In this document: one piece after another, positions 52,404 to 60,991 of the stretch | Position numbering within the stretch: position 1 is the first letter of the stretch | Layout of the letters: each line of letters starts with the position of its first letter | Assembly: GCA_017960605.1 (NCBI GenBank) | Contig: JAGCYV010000034.1 | Span: 7,192 to 71,191 of the forward strand | Direction: 5' to 3' | DNA: 64,000 nucleotides | Source of the DNA: Bacteroidales bacterium | GTDB taxonomy: Bacteria > Bacteroidota > Bacteroidia > Bacteroidales > P3 | The notes under the pieces: generated by a model | Told to the model about the DNA's origin: nothing | Databases searched by the model: none | What the model saw: the letters and a program-made list of their open reading frames with translations, nothing else | Translations under genes and position numbers: made by a program

Positions 52404-54053
52404 ATGAGAAGTATCAGGAACATACTATTGCTGGCCGCGGCGTTGCTGGCCGCGGGATGCGGCAGCCGCCGTGCGGCGGTGACCACCGCAGCGCCGTCGC
52501 CCTACGAGCGCAAACCCATCACCGAGGTAACCGAGGAGCAACTCAAAGAGGACAGCCAACTGATTGATGCCCTGACGCTTCAAGAAACTGGCCGCATGGA
52601 CGAGGCTTTGACGGCCTTTGCCCGCCTGACCGCCGAACGGCCGCAATGCGCCGCCGCCTGGTACGGCCAAGGGCAACTGCTGATGCAGCGCGGATGGACC
52701 GACAGCGCCCTGCACTGCACCGAACGCGCCGTAGCCCTGCAAGGCGACAATGTGTGGTACCTGCTGGCGATGGCGCAATGTCACAGCCGCAGCGGCAACG
52801 CCCGCGGTTTGGTGGCCGACTGGGAACGCATCGTGAAGCTGCAACCGTCTGTGACAGAACACTATTATGAACTGTCGAACGCCTACCTCGCGGCGGGCGA
52901 CCTGGAGGGTGCCGTCGAGGTGCTGAACCGACTGGAGCGCCGAGTGGGAGTGACCGAGCCGGTGTCGCTGCAGAAACAGCGCATCTGGGAAGCCGCCGGC
53001 AGGGCCGACAAAGCCGCCAAAGAACTTGAGACTCTGGCCCGTAGCCTGCCGAAGGAGAAACGCTACAGCGCCATCCTCGCGGAGCAATACATGAAGCAGA
53101 AGAAATACGCCAAGGCGAAGCAGTGGTACGACCGCGTGCTGCAAGCCGACCCCGACGACGAATACATTCATATTCAACTGGCTGAATACTACAAGGAAAC
53201 CAACCATCCCGCCGAAGCCGACAGCGAACTGGTGCGAGCCTTCGCCAACCCGAAACTCGACACCCGCACCAAGATACAGCTACTGGCGTCGTTCTACAAG
53301 GAGGAAGAGTTCTACGGCAGCCACTCGCAGACGGCGTTCCGACTGCTGGAACAAACCGTCAAGGAGAGCAGCAACCCGTCGGAGTACGCCCTCTTCTACG
53401 GCGACGTGCTGATGCGCCAGCGGCGCTACGCCGAAGCGGCACAACAGCTGGAAGCGGCCTTGAAACAGGACAGCTCGCGATACGAGGTGTGGGAAGGACT
53501 GCTGATATGCCTCACGGAAGTGAAAGAGCGCGAGGACGATATGGCGGCCTACGCCCGTCGTGCCGCACGCCTTTTCCCCACGCACACCTTGCCGCTCTAC
53601 CTGCAAGGATTCTACGACCTGCGTCACGAGCGCTACACCGAGGCCCTGGTTCCTTTGGAACAGGCCGCCAAATGGGGCTTCCGCAACGGATACCTCGAGG
53701 CCGAAACCCGCGGCCTGATGGCCGAATGCTACTACCGCACCGGTCAGTACGAAAAAGCCTGGAAGGCTTTCGACCAGTACCTGACTCTCCGGCCCGACGA
53801 CATCGGGACGTTGAACAACTACGCCTACTACCTGTCGGAGCAGAATACCAACCTCAAGAAAGCCAAGGAGATGAGCGGCCGCACCCTCGACGAAGAGCCC
53901 GAGAACGCTACCTACCTGGACACCTACGGCTGGATTCTGCACCGGATGGGCTTCGACGAGGAGGCCCTGCCCTATCTGCAAAAGGCCGTGCACCTGGAGC
54001 CCGACAACGAGACGCTGCAACAGCACCTGAAGGAGGTGAAAAGTAAAAACTGA
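52404..54053 (+). CDS. tetratricopeptide repeat protein (lipoprotein-like signal)
   Basis: 549 aa. The N-terminus LLLAAALLAAGC is lipobox-like, and multiple TPR-like A/Y/L-rich repeats run throughout. Confidence 0.75.
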   Translation: MRSIRNILLLAAALLAAGCGSRRAAVTTAAPSPYERKPITEVTEEQLKEDSQLIDALTLQETGRMDEALTAFARLTAERPQCAAAWYGQGQLLMQRGWTDSALHCTERAVALQGDNVWYLLAMAQCHSRSGNARGLVADWERIVKLQPSVTEHYYELSNAYLAAGDLEGAVEVLNRLERRVGVTEPVSLQKQRIWEAAGRADKAAKELETLARSLPKEKRYSAILAEQYMKQKKYAKAKQWYDRVLQADPDDEYIHIQLAEYYKETNHPAEADSELVRAFANPKLDTRTKIQLLASFYKEEEFYGSHSQTAFRLLEQTVKESSNPSEYALFYGDVLMRQRRYAEAAQQLEAALKQDSSRYEVWEGLLICLTEVKEREDDMAAYARRAARLFPTHTLPLYLQGFYDLRHERYTEALVPLEQAAKWGFRNGYLEAETRGLMAECYYRTGQYEKAWKAFDQYLTLRPDDIGTLNNYAYYLSEQNTNLKKAKEMSGRTLDEEPENATYLDTYGWILHRMGFDEEALPYLQKAVHLEPDNETLQQHLKEVKSKN

Positions 54054-54055
54054 AC

Positions 54056-54580
54056 GTGAAAAGCAAAAAATACATCCTCTTGCTGGCGGGAGCCCTGCTG
54101 ATGGCAGGATGCCACGTGACCCGCAAGGCGACGGAACCCACACCGGCCACGACTGCTCAACCCGAAGAGTCCCCGGAACCCGTGTCCGCTCCTCACCGCA
54201 CCTACACCGTGATGAACTTCACCGGCGAGGCCGAGGGCATCACGGTGGCTGGCCAACTGCGTGTAGCCGAGGACAGTGCGATGTGGATGTCTATGAGCAA
54301 AATCATCGAGGTGGGGCGTGCTTTGGCCACACAAGACTCCCTCTTCCTGCGGGCCCCGATGCTGGGCTACGACGTAGCCACCGACTACGCCGCCCTGAGC
54401 CGGCGACTGAAGCGCAAGGTAACCTACGACGACCTGCAAGCCATTGCCCTGAGCGACAACGCCGAAGAACAGATAGCCCGACTGGCGCAACAGATGGGAT
54501 TTTCCGTGACGATACGCATCACACGCCGCCGACAGGTGGAGAGCCTCTCATTCCCGTTCCCTAAAAATCCTATGCCATGA
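54056..54580 (+). CDS. hypothetical lipoprotein
   Basis: 174 aa with a GTG start. The signal (M)KSKKYILLLAGALLMAGC contains a lipobox. Coupled to both neighbours. Confidence 0.55.
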   Translation: MKSKKYILLLAGALLMAGCHVTRKATEPTPATTAQPEESPEPVSAPHRTYTVMNFTGEAEGITVAGQLRVAEDSAMWMSMSKIIEVGRALATQDSLFLRAPMLGYDVATDYAALSRRLKRKVTYDDLQAIALSDNAEEQIARLAQQMGFSVTIRITRRRQVESLSFPFPKNPMP

Positions 54581-55326
54581 AAAAGAGACTTCTGACGCTG
54601 CTCCTACTGCTGCCCGCCTGCCTGTGGGCACAGAAGGCATCGACCGACACCGCCGAGATGCTGGTGCAGCGCTACATCCGCATGCTCAACTACGACGCGT
54701 TGCCCAAAGACAGCATGCTGGTGATGGAGACCACGGTGAGCTACCTCGGCTTGCCCGACACCTTCGTCATGCGGCGCTGGTACGCCTACCCCGACATGCT
54801 GCGCGTGGAAGTGTGGCAGGATGACACCCTGACCCACGGCTTCTGCACCAACGGCACTGACCGCTACCGCGAATATGTACAACACCACGGCTGGTGGGAG
54901 GACCTCTTCTCCAAAGAATTCCTCCGTAGGGTGAAGCCCTACGACTTCCATTGCCCCCTCTACGACTGGACCCCCGACGGGGATATGAAAATCACCTACA
55001 CCGGTACCAGCGAACTCAAAGGACAGGCCCTAAAGACCGTACGCGTGGAGCAGAAAGACATGTATATCCGCCACTTCCTGTTCGAAGAGCAGAGCGGGCT
55101 GCTGCTGTTCATCTTCGTCAGCGACCAGCTGACCGAGGGCAGCTCTGGGATTGAATACATGCATACCAGCTGGAAAGCGTTCCATGAATACCTGCCCGTG
55201 GGCGGAAGCCTGATAGCCTCGGAAGAGAGCTTCATGCGCAACGGCACGCTGACCATCCAGCGCACCCAGGCGCACTTCGAGGCGGTGGATCTCATGCTCT
55301 TCAACCAAGACACACCGAAAAGATGA
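54577..55326 (+). CDS. hypothetical secreted protein
   Basis: 249 aa. Signal peptide MKKRLLTLLLLLPACLWAQ. ATGA overlaps at both ends. Confidence 0.55.
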   Translation: MKKRLLTLLLLLPACLWAQKASTDTAEMLVQRYIRMLNYDALPKDSMLVMETTVSYLGLPDTFVMRRWYAYPDMLRVEVWQDDTLTHGFCTNGTDRYREYVQHHGWWEDLFSKEFLRRVKPYDFHCPLYDWTPDGDMKITYTGTSELKGQALKTVRVEQKDMYIRHFLFEEQSGLLLFIFVSDQLTEGSSGIEYMHTSWKAFHEYLPVGGSLIASEESFMRNGTLTIQRTQAHFEAVDLMLFNQDTPKR

Positions 55327-55769
55327 GCATCTTCGACAATCCGGACGAATACTACATGCGTGAGGCGCTACGCGAAGCCCGTGCTGCTGCGGCAGAAGGA
55401 GAGGTACCCATCGGGGCCGTCATCGTCTGTGGCGACCGCGTCATTGCCCGTGCTCACAACCAGACAGAGTTGCTGCACGATGTGACCGCCCACGCCGAGA
55501 TGCTGGCCTTCACGGCCGCCAGCGAGGGCATCGGAGCCAAATACCTGACCGACTGCACGCTCTACGTCACCGTGGAACCCTGCCCCATGTGTGCCGGCGC
55601 GGCAGGATGGACGCAGGTGGGGCGCATCATCTATGGAGCCAAAGACCCCAAACGGGGCTACAGCCTGCTCTCAGGACCGGTGCTACATCCCAAGACCGAA
55701 GTCACCGGCGGCGTGCTGGCCGACGAATGCGAAACCCTCATGAAAGAATTCTTTAAACACAAACGATAA
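55323..55769 (+). CDS. tadA: tRNA adenosine(34) deaminase
   Basis: 148 aa. Zinc-binding motifs HAEMLA and PCPMCAGA. Confidence 0.9.
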   Translation: MSIFDNPDEYYMREALREARAAAAEGEVPIGAVIVCGDRVIARAHNQTELLHDVTAHAEMLAFTAASEGIGAKYLTDCTLYVTVEPCPMCAGAAGWTQVGRIIYGAKDPKRGYSLLSGPVLHPKTEVTGGVLADECETLMKEFFKHKR

Positions 55770-55770
55770 T

Positions 55771-56661
55771 ATGAAACCAACATTACTTGTTCTGGCTGCC
55801 GGCATGGGCAGCCGCTACGGCGGATTGAAACAGATGGACGGCGTAGGCCCAAACGGGGAGATTATCTTGGACTACAGCGTGATGGACGCTATCCGCGCCG
55901 GTTTCGGCAAGGTGGTCTTCGTCATCCGCGGATCCTTCGCCGAGCAGTTCAAGGCCCGCATCAATGCCGAACACTATGGCAACAAGATTGCCGTGGAGTA
56001 TGTCTATCAGGAACTCGACAAGCTGCCCGAAGGCTTCACCGTGCCCGAAGGACGCGAGAAACCCTGGGGCACCAACCACGCCATTCTCATGGCAAAAGAC
56101 GTTATCCATGAACCCTTTGCCATCATCAATGCTGACGACTTCTATGGCCGCGACGCCTTCGAGGTGATGGCCCGCCACCTGGAGACACTCGGCAATGCCG
56201 ACGGGAAATACTGTATGGTGGGCTACCGGCTGGAGAACACGCTGAGTGAGAACGGCACCGTGAGTCGCGGCGTATGTGAGACCTCGGCCGACGGACTGCT
56301 CATCGGCATGACCGAACGCACCAGCATCGGCCGCACCGAGAACGGCATTGAATACAAGGACACCGACGGCAGCATGCATCCCCTGCCCGCCGACGCAACG
56401 GTAAGCATGAACCTCTTCGGCTTCACTCCCGACTACTTCGCCAAGAGCGAAAAACTCTTCGTCGATTTCCTCAAGGAGCACGGCCAAGAGCTCAAGTCGG
56501 AGTACTATATTCCCTTCGCTGTCAATACCTTCATCCATAACGGAACCGCCACGATGACCGTGCTCAAGACCACAGCACAGTGGTTCGGCGTGACCTACAA
56601 GGAAGACCGCCCTATGGTGGTGGCCCGCCTGAAAGCCCTCCATGACCAGGGAGTGTATTGA
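55771..56661 (+). CDS. sugar-phosphate nucleotidyltransferase family protein
   Basis: 296 aa. N-terminal LVLAAGMGSRYGGLKQ signature. Confidence 0.7.
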   Translation: MKPTLLVLAAGMGSRYGGLKQMDGVGPNGEIILDYSVMDAIRAGFGKVVFVIRGSFAEQFKARINAEHYGNKIAVEYVYQELDKLPEGFTVPEGREKPWGTNHAILMAKDVIHEPFAIINADDFYGRDAFEVMARHLETLGNADGKYCMVGYRLENTLSENGTVSRGVCETSADGLLIGMTERTSIGRTENGIEYKDTDGSMHPLPADATVSMNLFGFTPDYFAKSEKLFVDFLKEHGQELKSEYYIPFAVNTFIHNGTATMTVLKTTAQWFGVTYKEDRPMVVARLKALHDQGVY

Positions 56662-57832
56662 TTTCATCAAAGCCCACAAGGACGACGATACCGCGAGGCT
56701 GCTGCTCAGTGCCTCGCGGTATCCTGATATAGACCTGCCTCTGATAGCCAACCAGATAGAAAGTCTGCGGATGGCCAAGGAGAAATGGCAGTCATTGGCG
56801 GCTTGCGAGGAGTACGAGTATCCTCCCAGGCTCAACCGTGAGCAAGCTTCTTCGGAAGCCACCGCACTGTACAAGGCCTCATTAGCGGTCAGTGGTCAGT
56901 GGACAGTGGACAGAGTTGCCGACCTTACCGGCGGCATGGGCATCGACACGTTGGCACTGGCCAAGGTGGCAGAGTATGTGGATTATGTGGAACGCGACCC
57001 CGCACTCTGCACCCTCATGGAGAGGAATTGCAAGGCATTGGGCGTGAACAACGTCACCGTGCATTGTGCCGACTGCATGGAGTGGCTGCAACAATTCAAA
57101 ATTCAAAATTCAAAATTCGATATTTTCTTCATCGACCCCGCTCGGCGAGCAGCATCCGGCCGCAAGGTGGCCGCCTTCGAGGACTGCACGCCCGACATCC
57201 TCCAACACCTCGACCTGCTGCAAAGCCTCTGCCAGCGCCTCATGGCCAAAGCCTCGCCGATGATTGACATCAATCTGGCGGTAAAGCAGTTGGAACACGT
57301 GACAGAGGTGCATGTGGTAGCGGTGAGAGGCGAATGCAAGGAGGTGCTGTTCCTGTGCGGCAATCCTACGGAAGAGGCTGTTATCCATTGCGTGAACATC
57401 ACGTCTGACGGCAACGCCGACTTTTCCTTCCGTCGCAGCGAAGAGCAGGCCGCCGAGGCCAAGTATTGCACGACCGTCGGCCGCTACCTCTACGACCCCC
57501 ATGCCGCCTTGCGCAAAGGTGGTTGTTTCCGCCTGATAGCGCAACGCTATGGACTGCCAATGCTGGCTCCCGGCACCCACCTCTACTCCTCCGACAAGCT
57601 GCAGCCCGACTTCCCTGGCCGTATTTTCGAGGTGTTGCAGGAGGTGACACTCAACCGGAAATTCCTGAAGACCATCGTTCCGAACGGGAAAGCCCATGTG
57701 GTGGTGCGCAACTTCCCCACCGAAGCCTCGGCTTTGCAGAAACAACTGGGACTCAGCGAAGGGGGCGCCCTCTTCATTGTAGTTTGTACCGTCGGCAACC
57801 GTCGCACGGGATTCCTCTGCAAGCAGATATAA
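56642..57832 (+). CDS. class I SAM-dependent methyltransferase (substrate unknown)
   Basis: 396 aa. SAM motif I-like DLTGGMGIDTLALA and FIDPARR. It contains two short heptad tracts (56887-56914 and 57094-57121). Confidence 0.65.
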   Translation: MTRECIDFIKAHKDDDTARLLLSASRYPDIDLPLIANQIESLRMAKEKWQSLAACEEYEYPPRLNREQASSEATALYKASLAVSGQWTVDRVADLTGGMGIDTLALAKVAEYVDYVERDPALCTLMERNCKALGVNNVTVHCADCMEWLQQFKIQNSKFDIFFIDPARRAASGRKVAAFEDCTPDILQHLDLLQSLCQRLMAKASPMIDINLAVKQLEHVTEVHVVAVRGECKEVLFLCGNPTEEAVIHCVNITSDGNADFSFRRSEEQAAEAKYCTTVGRYLYDPHAALRKGGCFRLIAQRYGLPMLAPGTHLYSSDKLQPDFPGRIFEVLQEVTLNRKFLKTIVPNGKAHVVVRNFPTEASALQKQLGLSEGGALFIVVCTVGNRRTGFLCKQI

Positions 57833-57872
57833 AAAAGATGAAGGGGTTCGGCGGTGCAGGCCGAACCCCTTC
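57832..57872 (-). terminator. rho-independent terminator after nrdJ (hairpin shared with the convergent methyltransferase gene)
   Basis: GAAGGGGTTCGGC (57840-57852) pairs with GCCGAACCCCTTC (57860-57872), a 13-bp stem. On the minus strand a T-rich run follows it. Confidence 0.7.
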
Positions 57873-57924
57873 GGGTGAATATGTTGTGCTTGCTATATTT
57901 TCTATAGCCAATAACTTATAACCC

Positions 57925-60519
57925 TTACGAACACTTGCTCCATCCGCACTGCGGGCAGCTCTTGCAGCCGCCGGTATAGATGAGCTTGCTGCCACAGTCG
58001 GGGCAGACCTCACCGGTCTCGGTACCATCCTTGATATAGCGTTTAAGCGCACGGGCCACACCATTACTCCAAGTGGTGATGCTGTCGGTGTCGAAGTTCA
58101 GCTTGCCGATGAGTTCCACCACATTGGGGATGGGCATACCGTGACGCAGGATACCCGAGATGAGTTTGGCGTAGTTCCAGTACTCCTTGCGGAACATGCG
58201 CGACAGCCCCTCCATGGTAATGTGGTAGCCATCCTGGTCGGTAAACTGGAAGTCGTAGCGGGCATGCTCCTGCCCTTTCTCTTTGACACGGATGACCCAA
58301 CCTTTCTCGACCCACTTGGGCAGGAGGAAATTCTCGGCGCGACCGGTGAATATCTCATACGGACGGCCTTCATACATGCCTACGACGGCAATCCAGTCTT
58401 CCTTCTCGTTCTTGAAGCGCACAACCTCGGCCTCGAGCTTCTTGGGACGCTTGGGAGCCTTGCTTTCACCGAAGCAGGGATTGTCGTCCTTCTTGCCTTC
58501 CGAGGTGGAGACGAGAACACCGGTACGCGAACCGTCGCGATAGATGGTGCAGCCCTTGCAGCCGCTCTCCCATGCCGTCTCGTAAATCTTGCTCACCACC
58601 TCCTTGGTGGTCTCCTTGGGGATATTGACCGTGACCGAGATGCTGTGATCCACCCACTTCTGGATGGCACCCTGCATCTTCACCTTGGCCACCCAGTCGA
58701 TGTCGGCGCTGGTGGCATGGAAGTAGGGGCTCTTCTCGACGACCTTCTGGAGGTCGGCGTCGTTCATGTGCATCACCTCTTCGACATCATAACCATTGAC
58801 CTTTGCCCAGTCGAGGAACTTGGGATGGAACACGTTGTACTCCTCGAAGTAGTCGCCGTTCTCGTCCTTGATGATATTGTGGTTACCCAAGGCAGCGTTC
58901 GCCTGTTCTCCCGAGTCGGGACGGTTGATTTTCTTGCGGCGCTTGTAGCTGACGAGGAACACTGGCTCAATGCCACTGGTGGTTTGGGTGCAGATGCTGA
59001 CGGTACCGGTGGGGGCGATGGTCAGCAGGGCGATGTTACGGCGGCCGTACTTGGTCATCTCGGCATAGAGCTCGGGGTCGGCCTTGCGGATACGCTGAAT
59101 CAGGGGGTTGTTCTCCTCGCGCTTGGCGCTGTAGATGGGGAACGTGCCGCGCTCGCGGGCCATCACCACGCTGGAGCGGTAGGCACTGCAGCAAAGCGTC
59201 TGCTGCACCTTGACGGCGAAATCGGTAGCCTCGTCGCTGCCGTACTGCAACCCCAAGGCGGCCAGCATATCGCCCTCGGCCGTGATGCCGAAGCCGCTGC
59301 GACGGCCTTCCATGCACTTCATCTTGATGTTCAGCCACAGGTTGTGCTCCACCATCTTGATTTCGTCGCTCTCGGGGTCGGACTCTATCTTCTTGAGAAT
59401 CTGCTCCACCTTCTCCAGCTCGAGGTCGATCAGGTCGTCCATCAGGCGCTGACCCATCATCACATGCTTCTTGAAGAGGTCGAAGTTGAACTTGGCCTTC
59501 TTGGTGAAGGGATGCTCGACATAGCTGTAGAGGTTGATGGCCTGCAAACGGCAACTATCATAGGGACAGAGCGGTATCTCACCGCAGGGGTTCGTCGAGA
59601 CGGTGCGGTAGCCGTAGTCGGCATAGCAGTCGGGCACGCTCTCGCGGATGATGGTGTCCCAGAAAAGCACGCCAGGCTCAGCGCTGCTCCACGCGTTGGC
59701 GATAATCTTGTTCCATAACGCGCGCGCGTCAATAGTTTTGGTATATATGGGATTGGGCGAGTCGATGGGGTACTGCTGCACGAAGGGCTTGCCCTCCATA
59801 GCGCAGTGCATGAACTCGTCGGTAATCTTCACACTCACATTGGCACCCGTGATTTTGCCCTGCTCGAGTTTGGCATCGATAAAGTTCTCCGAATCAGGAT
59901 GCTTGATGCTGATGGAGAGCATCAATGCACCGCGACGGCCGCCCTGGGCCACCTCGCGGGTGGTGTTGCTGTAGCGCTCCATGAAAGGCACGATGCCTGT
60001 GGAGGAAAGCGCGGCGTTCTTCACCGGGCTCCCGCCGGGACGTATGTGGCTCAGGTCGTGACCCACACCGCCGCGACGCTTCATCAGCTGCACCTGCTCC
60101 TGGTCAATCTTCATGATGCCGCCATAGGAGTCGCTGTTTCCCTGGTTGCCAATGACAAAGCAATTGCTCAGCGACACCACCTGGAAATTGTTGCCGATGC
60201 CGCTCATGGGGCTGCCCTGCGGCACAATGTAGCGGAAGTCCTTCAGCAACTGATAGATCTCCTCCTCACTCATCGGGTTAGGGTACTTCTTCTCGATGCG
60301 GGCATACTCCTTGGCCAGACGACGGTGCATCATGTCGGGGTTCAACTCATAGATGTGGTCGTCGTCGCGCAGGGCATACTTGTTCATCCACACATTGGCA
60401 GCCAACTCATCGCCATCGAAATACTTCACCGACGAGCGCATGATTTCCTCGGTGGTGTATTGCTTCTTCTCTTGGGGCTGCTCCACGGGTTCAGCTGCAG
60501 AAAATAAATCGCCTTGCAT
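57925..60519 (-). CDS. nrdJ: adenosylcobalamin-dependent (class II) ribonucleotide reductase
   Basis: 864 aa, single-chain RNR. Active-site region STNPCGEIPL and a C-terminal Cys cluster (CPDCGSKLIYTGGCKSCPQCG). There is no adjacent beta-subunit gene. Confidence 0.85.
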   Translation of the reverse strand: MQGDLFSAAEPVEQPQEKKQYTTEEIMRSSVKYFDGDELAANVWMNKYALRDDDHIYELNPDMMHRRLAKEYARIEKKYPNPMSEEEIYQLLKDFRYIVPQGSPMSGIGNNFQVVSLSNCFVIGNQGNSDSYGGIMKIDQEQVQLMKRRGGVGHDLSHIRPGGSPVKNAALSSTGIVPFMERYSNTTREVAQGGRRGALMLSISIKHPDSENFIDAKLEQGKITGANVSVKITDEFMHCAMEGKPFVQQYPIDSPNPIYTKTIDARALWNKIIANAWSSAEPGVLFWDTIIRESVPDCYADYGYRTVSTNPCGEIPLCPYDSCRLQAINLYSYVEHPFTKKAKFNFDLFKKHVMMGQRLMDDLIDLELEKVEQILKKIESDPESDEIKMVEHNLWLNIKMKCMEGRRSGFGITAEGDMLAALGLQYGSDEATDFAVKVQQTLCCSAYRSSVVMARERGTFPIYSAKREENNPLIQRIRKADPELYAEMTKYGRRNIALLTIAPTGTVSICTQTTSGIEPVFLVSYKRRKKINRPDSGEQANAALGNHNIIKDENGDYFEEYNVFHPKFLDWAKVNGYDVEEVMHMNDADLQKVVEKSPYFHATSADIDWVAKVKMQGAIQKWVDHSISVTVNIPKETTKEVVSKIYETAWESGCKGCTIYRDGSRTGVLVSTSEGKKDDNPCFGESKAPKRPKKLEAEVVRFKNEKEDWIAVVGMYEGRPYEIFTGRAENFLLPKWVEKGWVIRVKEKGQEHARYDFQFTDQDGYHITMEGLSRMFRKEYWNYAKLISGILRHGMPIPNVVELIGKLNFDTDSITTWSNGVARALKRYIKDGTETGEVCPDCGSKLIYTGGCKSCPQCGWSKCS

Positions 60520-60625
60520 AGCAAAAACTTTTACTTATTCTTCTATACTACAATATTTTAATCAAAGAAACGGGAATCCGTTTTCGTTTGCTAAATTAGA
60601 CAGAAAATGGCAATCGGCGACAAAT

Positions 60626-60695
60626 AGTTATCAACAAAAAGTGAACCGCCGGCGGCCATTTACAAGCCCTTTGGGCGGTTGCGAGGTTGATAACT
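60626..60695 (-). other. nested inverted repeat in the presumed nrdJ leader/promoter region
   Basis: Outer arms AGTTATCAAC (60626-60635) and GTTGATAACT (60686-60695) are a perfect 10-bp pair. Inner arms are AACCGCC (60644-60650) and GGCGGTT (60674-60680). Confidence 0.6.
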
Positions 60696-60747
60696 CTCAG
60701 CCCCCGCTTCGCCGCCATCGGTTTGCCTTTTACCTTTGACAAGCGCT

Positions 60748-60846
60748 TGCCTAAAGTTTGCCTAAAGTTTACCTAAAGGTTGCCTAAAGGTTACCTACGG
60801 GTTACCTACGGGTTACCTACGGCTTAACAAGGGAGTAACAAGGGAC
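60748..60846. repeat. tandem 11-bp array, 9 units with stepwise divergence
   Basis: TGCCTAAAGTT x2, TACCTAAAGGT, TGCCTAAAGGT, TACCTACGGGT x2, TACCTACGGCT, TAACAAGGGAG, TAACAAGGGAC. Indexed base by base. Confidence 0.95.
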
Positions 60847-60957
60847 CTCCACCCGCCTTCAATCGGGAAGGATTACACAAAACACAGAATATCAAACAAA
60901 TACATTCGAAATAAAAAACTTAACAAAAACGTAACAATTCCGTAGCACTAACCTGCG

Positions 60958-60965
60958 TACCTTTG
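60958..60965 (+). promoter_or_regulatory. candidate -7 box (TACCTTTG) for the Na/Pi cotransporter gene
   Basis: Exact TAnnTTTG match, 27 nt upstream of the ATG at 60992. Confidence 0.5.
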
Positions 60966-60991
60966 CAGCGTCAAACGAAACAAACAAAAAC

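Noticed and set aside
55783-56874. 363-aa minus-strand ORF spanning two plus-strand genes
   Set aside because: It crosses the nucleotidyltransferase/methyltransferase boundary on the opposite strand and has no recognisable features. It is a shadow ORF.
58141-59718. 525-aa plus-strand ORF antisense to nrdJ
   Set aside because: This is a shadow ORF with a Leu/Gly/Val/Ala/His-rich composition and no motifs. The minus-strand frame is an obvious full-length RNR.
60520-60760. Cobalamin riboswitch upstream of the B12-dependent RNR
   Set aside because: I could not find the B12-box or the conserved core on the minus strand. Regulatory logic would also place B12 riboswitches on B12-independent isozymes rather than nrdJ. 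An Rfam scan is still needed for certainty.
60748-60846. Possible CRISPR array
   Set aside because: The units are 11 bp and contiguous, with no spacers. No cas genes are in the window. This is a simple tandem repeat.
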